The position numbers were made by a program, and so were the translations under genes. Below, one piece after another: positions 23,121-34,270 of a stretch of DNA of 64,000 nt. The DNA is from Mobula hypostoma (taxonomy: Eukaryota). The notes beneath the pieces are model-generated. The model had not been told where the DNA came from. It worked only from the letters and a program-made list of their open reading frames with translations, and did not search any database. The stretch spans positions 228,658,001 through 228,722,000 of the forward strand of contig NC_086097.1 in assembly GCF_963921235.1 (NCBI RefSeq). Direction: 5' to 3'. Every line of letters begins with the position of its first letter. The stretch's first letter is position 1.

Positions 23121-25496
23121 GTAGAAATGTCTAATACCAGAGGACATGCATTGAAGGTGAGAGGGGGTAGGTTAAAAGGGGATGTGAGGGGTATATTTTT
23201 TTACTCAGAGTGCTGGATGCCTGTTATAGTGGTAGAGGCAAATATATAAGAGGCTTTTAAGAGATGTCTAGATAGGCACATGAATATGAAGAAGGTGGAG
23301 GGATGTGGACATTGTGTAGGTAGAAGGGATTAGTTTTTTGGGGGGGGGGGGTTTAAATTTACTTTTTATTTGGTTTGGCACAACATTGTAGGCCGAAGAG
23401 CCTGTTCCTGTGCCGTACTGTTCTATGTTCTATATTCTATGTTCGCATGAGGTGGAAATTCATCCTCAGAAGCTCAATTTGCAGGATGTATATTTTGCAT
23501 CCTGATCTGAAATTTGGTTCCTTTGGCTTGTTTAATACAATGATAAGTGTGCTGACTTCTTCTCCTGCCTTTTGCCTCCCTCTGCCAAGATTACAACACC
23601 AGATTAACCGACACAACTGTGATTGGGAAAATATCTTCGACTTCCATCCTACCTCAGCCAATAGAGCACCGTTAGTTTTCTGTGGAAGCACCAGATCAGT
23701 AAGCATGCCGTAGATTCCAGAGTCAGTTTCCATGAATAGAAATGCTTCCTTACGCTCTTTTATATGTGATATAAAAGTATTCCGTGCCTATGCGCTATCA
23801 CTATAAGTTTGAATTATTTGCAGTAAAAAGTATCTCCATACTTAGACTGTGAAAGGCTGTTAGTTTGCATACGACTTACTGCCTACCTATCTTACCTGCT
23901 CTCATGCAGTCATTTTGTCCCTTCTCATCACCTCCTGCCTAAACAGTGATATTGCTACACACGAGGCTTCTCTGCCTCCTTTCCAATACTGTGCTTTCTG
24001 CAGTTATTGATAACTCTCTTTATCTCACAGGCTATTGACTTCCTCTGCCTCTCTAATTGCCTCTGCGTGAGTGCAGGACCGAGTTTGCTGACTCACTGCG
24101 ACATCTGAGCCATTTTCCCTGTAGAATTTTGAAGTGCCGACAGTTATTTTCCCAAATTGCACCTTTTTTTCTCATCCTATTTTTATCCTTGAACATGCTC
24201 AGCTGCAGCAGGGATGTGTCAGAAGATGATGGCTTACAACTATTGTCAAGCTGATCATAACTGCATCAGATAACTCCAGATCATAGAACATAGAAATTTA
24301 CAGCACATTACAGGCCCTTTGGCCCACAATGTTGTGCCGACCATGTAACCTACTCTAGAAACTGCTTAGAATTTCCCTAGTGCATAGCCCTCTATTTTTC
24401 TAAGCTCCATGTACCTATCTAAGAGGCTCTTAAAAGACCCTATTTTATCTGCTTCCACCACCGCCGCTGGCAGTGCATTCCACGCACCCACCACTCTCTG
24501 TGTGAAAACCTTCATTACCTATTTCCAAGCACCTTAAAACTATGCCCCCTCATGTTAGCCATTTCAGCCCTGGGAAAAAGCCTCTGGCTGTCAAAACGAT
24601 CAACGCCCCTCATCATCTTATACAACTCTATCAGGTCACCTCTCAACCTCTGTCGCTCCAAGGAGAAAAGGCCAAGTTCACTCAACCTATTCTCACCTAT
24701 TCTCATACGGTACGCCCTCCGATCCAGGCAACATCCTTGTAAATCTCCTCTGCACTCTCTCTATAGTATCCACATCCTTTCCATAGTGAGGAGACCGGAA
24801 CTGAACACAATACTCCAAGTGGGGTCTGACCAAGGTCTTATATAGCTGTAACATTATCTCATGGATTTTGAACTTAATCCCACGGTTGATGAATGCCAAC
24901 ACACCACACGCCTTCTTAACAACACTGTCAACCTGCGACGCAGCTTTGAGTGTCCTATCGACGCGGACCCCAAGATCTCTCAAATCCTCCACCCTACAAA
25001 GAGTCTTACCATTAATATTATATTCTGTCTTCAAATTGGACCTACCAAAATGAAACACTTCACATTTATCTGGGTTGAAGTCCATCTGCCATCTGGGTTA
25101 TCACTAATTTCCTGGTTATCTCTACACCCTTTCTTGAACAAGGGAACAAGATTAGCAACCCTCCAGTCCTCTGCTACTTCTCCTGCCCCTATTGATGACG
25201 CCAACAATCATCGCAAGAGGCTCAGCAATTTCCTCCCTCACTTCCCATAGTAGCCTGGGGTATCCAGTCCCGGTGACTTACCTAACTTAATGCTTCTCAA
25301 AAGCTCCAGCATATTCTCTTTCTTAATGTCTGTATGCTCAAGTGTTTCAGTCAGTTTTAAGTCACTGCCACAATTGCCAAGGTCTTTTTCCCTGGTGAAG
25401 ACTGAAGCAAAGTATTGATTAAGTACCTCTGCTACCTCCTCCAACTCCATACACACGTTTCCACTATTGCAGCTGGTTGGTCCTATTCTCACACGG

Positions 25497-26727
25497 CTCA
25501 CAAGCCTGATAGAGTTCTTTGAGGAGGTGACCAGGCATATAGGTGAGGGTAGTGCAGTGAATATGATCAATATGGATTTTAGTAAGGCATTTGACAAGGT
25601 TCCACACAGTAGGCTTATTCAGAAAGTTAGAAGGCATGGGATCCAGGGAAGTTTGGCCAGGTGGATTCAGAATTAGCTTGCCTGCAGAAGGCAGAGGGTG
25701 GTGGTGGAGGGAGTACATTCAGATTGGAGGATTGTGACTAGTGGTGTCCCACAAGGATCTGTTCTGGGACCTCTACTTTTCGTGATTTTTATTAACGACC
25801 TGGATGTGGGGGTAGAAGAGTGGGTTGGCAAGTTTGCAGACGACACAAAGGTTGGTGGTGTTGTAGATAGCGTAGAGGATTGTCAAAGATTGCAGAGAGA
25901 CATTGATAGGATGCAGAAGTGGGCTGAGAAGTGGCAGATGGAGTTCAACCCGGAGAAGTGTGAGGTGGTACACTTTGGAAGGACAAACTCCAAGGCAGAG
26001 TACAAAGTAAATGGCAGGATACTTGGTAGTGTGGAGAAGCAGAGGGATCTCGGGGTACATGTCCACAGATCCCTGAAAGTTGCCTCACAGGTGGATAGGG
26101 TAGTTAAGAAAGCTTATGGGATGTTAGCTTTCATAAGTCGAGGGATAGAGTTTAAGAGTCACGATGTAATGATGCAGCTCTATAAAACTCTGGTTAGGCC
26201 ACACTTGGAGTATTGTGTCCAGTTCTGGTCACCTCACTATAGGAAGGATGTGGAAGCATTGGAAAGGGTACAGAGGAAATTTACCAGGATGCTGCCTGGT
26301 TTAGAAAGTATGCATTATGATCAGAGATTAAGGGAGCTAGGGCTTTACTCTTTGGAGAGAAGGAGGATGAGAGGAGACATGATAGAGGTGTACAAGATAA
26401 TAAGAGGAATAGATAGAGTGGATAGCCAGCGCCTCTTCCCTAGGGCACCACTGCTCAATACAAGAGGACATGGCTTTAAGGTAAGGGGTGGGAAGTTCAA
26501 GGGGGATATTAGAGGAAGGTTTTTTACTCAGAGAGTGGTTGGTGCGTGGAATGCACTGCCTGAGTCAGTGGTGGAGGCAGATACACTAGTGAAGTTTAAG
26601 AGACTACTAGACAGGTATATGGAGGAATCTAAGGTGGGGGGCTTATATGGGAGGCAGGGTTTGAGGGTTGGCACAACATTGTGGGCCAAAGGGCCTGTAC
26701 TCTGCTGTACTATTCTATGTTCTATGT
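25497..26727 (+). mobile_element. Young 5'-truncated CR1 nested in an older CR1
   Basis: LTSLIEFF start, 352-codon open RT C-terminal segment (25698-26756), (TTCTATG)n tail; host sequence rejoins as CGGCTCA|TCATCTTG. Confidence 0.93.
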
Positions 26728-26756
26728 TCATCATCTTGTTCTTCACATACTTGTAG
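25698..26756 (+). pseudogene. CR1 ORF2 RT C-terminal segment
   Basis: SGVPQGSVLGPLLF, KFADDTKVGG, RPHLEYCVQFWSP, FFTQRVV; an in-frame TAG lies just upstream (~25674). Confidence 0.92.
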
Positions 26757-27992
26757 AATGCCTTGGGGATTTCCTTAATCCTGCTCACCAAGGCCTTCTC
26801 ATGGTCTCTTCTGGCTCTCCTAATTCCATTCTTAAGCTCCTTCCTAGCAACCTTGTAATTTTCTAAGAGCTCTAACAGTGCCGGGTTTCTTGAACCTTTT
26901 GTAAGCTTTTCTTTTCTTCTTAACTAGATTTTCTACATCCTTTGTACACCATGGTTCTTTAACTCTACCATCCTCTCCCTACCTCAATGGAACATGCCTA
27001 TGTAGAACTCCATGGAAATGTTTCCTGAACAGTTGCCACATTTCTGCCGTGCATTTCCCTGAGAACATCTGCTCCCAAGTTTCTGCCTAATAGCATCATG
27101 TTTCCGCCTACCCCAATTAAATATTTTTCCAAATTGTCTGCTCCTATCCCTCTCCAGCGCTCAGGTGAAGGAGATAGAGTTGTGGTCACTACCTCCAAAA
27201 TGCTCTCCCACCGAGAGAGCTGACACCTGACCAGGTTCATTTCCCAATACCAGATCAAGTACAGCCTCTCCTCTAGTTAGCTTATCCACATATTGTGTCA
27301 GGAAACTTCCTGAACACACCTAACAAACTCCACCCCATTGAAACCCTTGCGCTAAGGATATACCAATCAATATTAGGAAAGTTAAGATCCCCCATCACAA
27401 AAACCCTAATATGATTGTACCATTCCCGAATCTGCTCTTCAATATCCCTGTTGGGGGGAGGTGTATATAAAAAACACCCAGTAGCGTTATTACCCCTTTC
27501 CTGTTTCTGACTTCCACCAACACTGGCTCAGTAGACCATCGCTCCATGATTTCCTCTTTTTCTGCAGCCGTGACACTATCCCTAATTAGCAAAGCCACGC
27601 CCCCACCTCTTTTACCTCCCTCTCTGTTCTGTTTGAAACACCTAAAGCTTGGCACAGTCAGCAGCCATTCCCGCTCCTGAGACGTCCAAGTCACTGTAAT
27701 CGCGACAACGTCACAGTTCCACGTTTTGATCCACGCACTGTTCATCTGCCTTGTTTATGATATTCCTTGCATTAAAATAGACACATCTCAAACCATCAGG
27801 CTGAGTGTACCCTGTGCTCTTCCATCTGCCTGTCCTTCCTCACAAACTCCCTACAAGCTGTCTCTACTTGTGCTCCAACCTCCCCGTCCTCTGCCTCTTC
27901 ACTTCAGTTCCCACCTTCCTGCAGATCTAGTTTAAACCCTCCCCAGTAGCGTTAGCTATTAGAAGATAAAAGGTTTGACAGAAATTATTTTA

Positions 27993-28595
27993 AGACCATA
28001 AGACGTAAGAGCAGAATTAGGCCATTCACCCAGCAAGTCTTTTGTACCTTTCTATTATGGCTGATTTATTATCTCTCTCAACCCCATTCACCTGCCTTCT
28101 TCCTGTAACCTTAGATGTCTGGATTAAATCTAGAACCGATCAGCATTCATCTTAAATATACCCAATGTCTTGGCCCACCCAGCCATCTATGGCAATGAAT
28201 TCCACAGATTCACCACACTCTGGCTAAGGACATTTTTCCTCATCTCTGTCTGTTGTAAAAGGACATCCTCAATAAATGGTTACACCTTCTGGTCCTAGAC
28301 TCCCCCCTCTATAGGAAACATCCCCTCCACATCCACTCTATCCAGACTTTTCAAATTCGATAGATTGCATTGAAAATCCACCCCCCCCCATTCTTCTAAA
28401 CTCCAGTGAGTACAGGTCCAGAGCTATCAAATTCTCCTCATACGTTAATCCTTTTATTCCTGGGATCTTTCTCATGAACCTTCTCTGCACCCTTTCCAAT
28501 GGCAGCACATCTTTTCTTAGATAACGGGCACAAAACTGCTCACAATACTTCAAGTGCAGTCTGAACAATGCCTTATCTTTACTAAAGGCCAACAA
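27993..28595 (-). mobile_element. CR1 3' fragment (second tail family)
   Basis: LKYCEQF..YLRKDVLPLERVQRRF; tail reads AAGACCATAAGAC on the plus strand. Confidence 0.85.
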
Positions 28596-30032
28596 CTACA
28601 GGTACAGCTGTTTACCTCACATATATGTTGACTTTCGGTGTCGGTGTTGTGCAATTGCTCAGCAACAGGAGGTATAAGGTGCTCCTTCTGTCCGATAGCC
28701 TACAGGTCACCCTGGGGCAATGTGTGGTACCTGTTTAGCCTCCCAGTCAGGGTCACGTGAAGCCATGATTTGCAGGTGGTGGATGGTTTTACAAGCAGAT
28801 TCTACAATTGGAATTTATGGTTGTAAAACTAAACACGCTGGGCAGATGAATCTGCTGATCAATGGCCAGGGTCACCCATTCAGTATGGACACTGCAACTG
28901 AAGAAGGCAATGGGAAACCACTTCAATATTCCTCCCTCGTACAATAATGAACTATGGTCTCAGCTCAAAGATGTGAATGGAGCCTTCACCGAAGGAGTAT
29001 CATCCGGTAGAGGATCTCATGTGCCACAGGTGAACCTCGACCGTTATCTAGCGACTGTCGGCAGATGAAAAGCAAAGAAGATCAGGCTAGTGACCTGGAA
29101 TGTAAGAACCCTTAACCAACCTGGTAAACTAGACAACATCAAACAGCAAATGGAAAGATTAAAAATCACCATCTTGGGAGTGTGCGAGATGAAGTGGAAA
29201 GGAGCCGGTAAAACAAGCTCAGAGGGATATACCATCATTTCCTCAGGAGGAGAAATACATGAAATAGGTGTTGGAATTATGTTAGATGAAGAACAGGCAA
29301 AATCAATAAAAGGCTATTGGACAATATCAGATGGAATGTTACTTGTGAAACTCCATGCAAAACCTTTTGACATTAACATCGTTCAAGTTTATGCCCCAAC
29401 AGCAGACAGCAGAGAAGAAAGCATCAATCAATTTTATAACGAACTAAAAACAGCATTAAGACAATGTAAACCATTATTCAAGGTGTCTTCAACACAAAAG
29501 TAGGCAAGACCAGGGACGAGGACAATATTGGGCTTTGCAGCATAGGTGAGAGAAATGAGAGAGGTGAACGACGAGCTACATGGGTCACAGAAAAAGATTA
29601 TATAATTGGTAATACCGTCTTTAAGCAACTCCCAAGAAAACTATGGGCATGGAAGAGCCCAGGGGATAACACCAGAAACCAGATTGATTAAGTGCTTATA
29701 AGGAGAAGGTATAGAAATGCTTTGAAATCATGCAAAGCATATCCAGGTGTAGACTGCTACAGTGATCACATACCAATAATCAGCGTGATGTACCTGAGAC
29801 TCAGAAAGCTTAAAAGACCAAGAGTAGAGCCAAAGCTGAATTTGGGACTTTTGAGTAAAAACAGTGACATCAAAAATGAATTCCAAATAACAGTGAAGAA
29901 CAAATTTGAGGCTCTACAAAACATCACTATTATAGAACAGCAATGGGAAAACCTCAGAGACAGCATAACACAAGCAGCACAAGAGGTGATTCCCAAACAA
30001 CAGAAAAAAGCTAAAAAGAAATAGATAGACGC

Positions 30033-32068
30033 AGAACATAGAATAGTACAGCACAGTACAGGCCCTTCAGCCCACAACATTGTGCCGACCCTCAAAACCT
30101 GCCTCCCATATAACCCCCCACCTTAAATTCCTCCATATAGAACCACAGAACATTACAGCACAGAAACAGGCCTTTTGGCCCTTCTTGGCTATGCCAAACC
30201 ATTTTTCTGCCTAGTCCCACTGACCTGCACCTGGACCATATCCCTCCATAGACCTCTCATCCATGTACCTATCCAAGTTTTTCTTAAATGTTAAAAGTGA
30301 GTCCACATATACCACTTCATCTGGCAGCTCATTCCAGAGCTCTCTGTGTGAAGAAACGCCCCCCCGCCCAATGTTCCCTTTAAACTTTTCCACCTTCACC
30401 CTTAACCCATTTCCTCTGGCTTTTTTCTCCCCTTGCCTCAGTGGAAAAAGCCTGCTTGCATTCACTCTATCTATACCCATCATAATTTTATATACCTCTA
30501 TCAAATCTCCCCTCATTATTCTATGCTCCAGGGAATAAAGTCCTAACCTATTCAACCTTTCTCTGTGATTCAGTTTTTCAAGTCCCGGCAACATCCTTGT
30601 AAACTTTCTCTGCACTCTTTCAACCTTATTTATATCCTTCCTGTAATTTGGTGACCAAAACTGAACACAATACTCCAGATTCGGCCTCACCAATGCCTTA
30701 TACAACCTCATCATAACATTCCAGCTCTTATACTCAATACTTCGATTAATAAAGGCCAATGTACCAAAAGCTCTCTTTACGACCCTATCTACCTGAGACG
30801 CCACTTTTAGGAACTTTTGTATCTGTATTCCCAGATCCCTCTGTTCCACTGCACTCCTCAGTGCCCTACCATTTACCTTGTATATTCTACCTTGGTTTGT
30901 CCTTTGCCTGTATAAAACTCCATCTGCTATTTTTCAGCCCATTTTTCCAGCTGGTCCACATCCCTCTGCAAGCTTTGAAAACCTTCCTCACTGTTCACTA
31001 CACCTCTAATCTTTGTATCATCAGCAAATTTGCTGATCCAATTTACCACATTATCATCCAGATCATCGATATAGATGACAAATAACAATGGACCCAGCAC
31101 TGATCCCTGTGGCACACCACTAGTCACAGGCCTCCACTCGGAGAAGTAATCCTCCACCACCACTCTCTGGCTTCTTCCATTGACCCAATGTCTAATCCAA
31201 TTTACTACCTCACCATGTATACCTAGTGACTGAATCTTCCTAACTAACCTCCCATGCGGGACCTTGTCAAAGGCATTACTGAAGTCCATGTAGACAACAT
31301 CCACTGCCTTCCCTTCATCCACATTCCTGGTACTTACCTGTTCACTTACTTGTCTAGTAGTCTCTACAATTTCACTAGTGTATCTGCCTCCACCACTGAC
31401 TCAGGCAGTGCATTCCACGCACCAACCACTCTCTGAGTAAAAAACCTTCCTCTAATATCCCCCTTGAACTTCCCACCCCTTACCTTAAAGCCATGTCCTC
31501 TTGTATTGAGCAGTGGTGCCCTGGGGAAGAGGTGCTGGCTATCCACTCTGTCTATTCTTCTTATTATCTTGTACACCTCTATCATGTCTCCCCTCATCCT
31601 CCTTCTCTCCAAACAGTAAAGCCCTAGCTCCCTTAATCTCTGATCATAATGCATACCCTCTAAACCAGACAGCATCCTGGTAAATCTCCTCTGTACCCTT
31701 TCCAATGCTTCCACATCCTTCCTATAGTGAGGCAACCAGAAATGGACACAGTACTCCAAGTGTGGCCTAACCAGAGTTTTACAGAGCTGCATCATTACTC
31801 GTGACTCTTAAACTCTATCCCTCGACTTATGAAAGCTGACACCCCATAAGCTTTCTTAACTACCCTATCTACCTGTGAGGCAACTTTCAGGGATCTGTGA
31901 ACATATACCTCCAGATCCCTCTACTCCTCGACACTACCAAGTATCCTGCCATTTACTTTGTACTCTGCCTTGGAGTTTGTCCTTCCAAAGTGTACCACCT
32001 CACACTTCTCCAGGTTGAACTCCATCTGCCACTTCTCAGCCCACTTCTGCGTCCTATCAATGTCTCTC
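30033..32068 (-). mobile_element. Young CR1 (same subfamily as 25497-26727), split by another CR1
   Basis: 30033-30138 and ~31347-32068 are nearly the exact reverse complement of ~25893-26727. Confidence 0.92.
30139..31332 (-). mobile_element. CR1 nested within CR1
   Basis: ORFs 30927-31322 and 30211-30849 (VDVVYMDFS, GVPQGSVLGP, FADDTK, LEYCVQFWSP); own tail at 30139. Confidence 0.92.
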
Positions 32069-33569
32069 TACTGTGATGGATGGAGAGACATGATCACCCA
32101 TGCCGAACGGCAAGGCATCTGAATGAATGAACGTATATTGACTTAATTATGTTACATTCACATGTGGTATATTTACATATTTACACACAAATGTAGCTCA
32201 GGAGGTGGATAATTTTTTCCCCCACTGTTACAAGGAATAAAGATTAATTAGTAATTTCATAGTGGGTATCAGTGTACCGCAACTTTCATGTCTCTGCAGT
32301 TGATTACACTGCACAGGAATAAATTTTACCCATTGTACAGAATGGAAGTTCTAATTCTCTACTTGAATGTCATTAAGAAAAACAAACTGTAACTCAAATG
32401 AAGTGTATTCTGAGGCAGATGCATATTTTCTGTTCAGTGAATACAGTAATGAGAAGTCCTTATTTTGAAGCCTCAGGAACATAAGTTTATTAGATCTCTG
32501 TTGGGAAAGCTGAACACTGCAGTGTCCTTCACAGGTTTTGGGTAATTAATGAATAAAGAAAAAAATTTAAACTGTTACAAATCTCAAAAAATATTACTGC
32601 AGCACCTTATTCACTGCATTTTAATGGATAATTGATCATTTCAAATTGAGCATCGCACAAAGAGGTTGTTAAACTAGATCTGAGCATTTCACTATGGATG
32701 AGTCAGTATCATTGTGTGATGGGTGAGAAGCAGCTTTCACGCCTGTGGCCAAATCCATTGATATGCTGCCCATGATTGAACTGGTTGGTGAATGCACTAC
32801 CTTCCGCCCTTTGATTCATTAAGAATTGAGGAACAATCACAGGTTCAGCAGAATTGTGGATATGGTGGTCTCAGATATTCTACGGCTTCAAATCTTTTCG
32901 ATTATCTATTGCTGTCAATGTTAACTCCATCACTGTGCTAAAGGCTAAAGGGAGATCTATTAACCCACAGTGCGTTAAAGAGAAGGAAAGCTAGGTGTCC
33001 TTACAGTCACTTTCATTTTTAGGAAGACCATAAAGAATATTCTGGAACTTTAGTGGTCTGGCAGCTAACAAAAGTAAATTCTGAAGCAGTAAGTAATTTA
33101 AGTCTGGAGGAATAAGAGTAATGTGCTAACTATCTTTATGATAAGCTGCAAGAACTGTGCATAACGTGTGTCAATGATTGATGGGTTATGTTGTTTGGTA
33201 TTGGAATCGAGGAAAGCTATGTTTGATGATTATGCAGAGTTCCTCAACATTTAATCAATTTTTTTTTCATTTTCCGGGCACTGATGCCAGTGCAGACAAT
33301 GCATCTTTGGCTCTTCGTTTTTTGCTTCATAAGAATTTTACTTTGCCATTGCTCTGTGAAAATAAAGAGAAAAGGAAAATCATGTGCAGCAGTCCCACCC
33401 AGAAATCACATCTTTACAATGAAACTCAATATATTAACGTAATTTTTTTTTATTTCTCTTTTTGCAAAAACCTTTTACTTCTAGTGGGTCATCATTATAT
33501 TTTCATGCGCTGATATAGAAGATCACCAATACTGGCCAATGCAGAGCTGAATGGTTTTGGGTATTCCTA

Positions 33570-33805
33570 TCAGATTCCTCCTTCTTCTTCAGCCTTTTAG
33601 TTTTATTACATACCACGTCCCAGTTTCTCACGTCATTTCTCCTCACCCACCCACCCTCCTTCCTCCTCACCTAGACTCAACTATCACCTGCAGCTTGTAC
33701 GCTTTACCCTACCCCACCTTCTTATTCTGGCTTTTGCCCCCTTCTTTTCCAGTTCTGCTGAGGAGTCTCAGTCTGAAATCTTAACCAATTATTCCCCTTC
33801 ATAGA
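33570..33805 (+). mobile_element. Decayed PLE 3' fragment
   Basis: Pyrimidine-rich PLE 3' sequence ending in a degenerate hammerhead (CTGCTGAGGAGTCTCAGTCTGAAA). Confidence 0.6.
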
Positions 33806-34068
33806 TTTTATTTATTGATTGATTGATTGAGATACAGCTCGGAATAAGCCCTTCCAGCCCTTCCGGCCACTGAGCCATGCTGTCCAGCAATCCACCTATT
33901 TAACTCTAGCCTAATCACTGGACGCTTTACAATGACCAATTAATTTAGACTGTGGGAGGAAACTGGAGCACCTAGAGGAAACCCTCTTGATCACGGGGAG
34001 AACATATAAACTCTTTAAAGGCAGTGGCAGGAATTGAACCCAGGTTGCCGGTACTGTAAAGCGTTGTG
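33806..34068 (-). mobile_element. V-domain SINE with CR1-like 3' tail
   Basis: Minus strand GGGTTCAATTCC B box, GGGTTTCCTCTAGGTGCTCCAGTTTCCTCCCACAGTCTAAA V domain, tail GGGCTGGAAGGGC...CTGTATCTC(AATC)n. Confidence 0.8.
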
Positions 34069-34224
34069 CTACTTGTTGAGTTCTGCCAGCATTTCTTGTG
34101 TTGCTCATAATGTCCTACGGTTATGAACAGAATAAAGCTTGTGCTTATTTTGTTGAGCCCTTGTGCAATTATTCTGCAGTTTATTATGGCCAGGTAGGGC
34201 CATTATTTAAAATTAAACATACTT

Positions 34225-34270
34225 AGACCCCTTCCTTTCCAGTCCTGATGAAGGGTCTAGGCCCAAAACA
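34225..34270 (+). mobile_element. PLE hammerhead-region fragment
   Basis: CCAGTCCTGATGAAGGGTCTAGGCCCAAAAC, truncated by the adjacent CR1 tail. Confidence 0.7.

Larger units (their letters stand above)
18790..23440 (+). mobile_element. Old, nearly full-length CR1 ORF2 hosting Rex1-type and PLE insertions
   Basis: EN motifs (VVAITETWL, ESIWIELR, VVVMG), KSPGPDG, LIEFF; resumes at 22516 (INDLD, KWQMEFN); 3' end at 23120-23440 with a (TTCTATG)-like tail. Confidence 0.85.
24282..27955 (-). mobile_element. CR1 LINE (EN to 3' tail) with an internal deletion and a nested opposite-strand CR1
   Basis: Tail at 24282, RT C-terminus (FNPDKC, LEYCVQF), jump at ~25092; resumes at 26728; EN motifs (DVVAIT, RGGGVALLIRD) at 27395-27745. 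Confidence 0.9.
28635..32131 (+). mobile_element. Bov-B-like RTE LINE: 5' UTR, endonuclease and 3' terminus, with the RT region replaced by CR1 insertions
   Basis: TWNVRTL, ILGVCEMKW, VQVYAPT, DCYSDH (29066-30030); GAAGGCAATGGGAAACCACT motif in the 5' UTR; 3' end WRDMITHA..GI* + (TGAA)n at 32070-32131; degenerate TSD TATATGTTGACTT / CGTATATTGACTT. Confidence 0.85.

Noticed and set aside
29090..29503. Host gene similar to craniofacial development protein 2 (CFDP2)
   Set aside because: Any such similarity would reflect the RTE endonuclease domain; the ORF is broken and lies inside a TSD-bounded retroelement.
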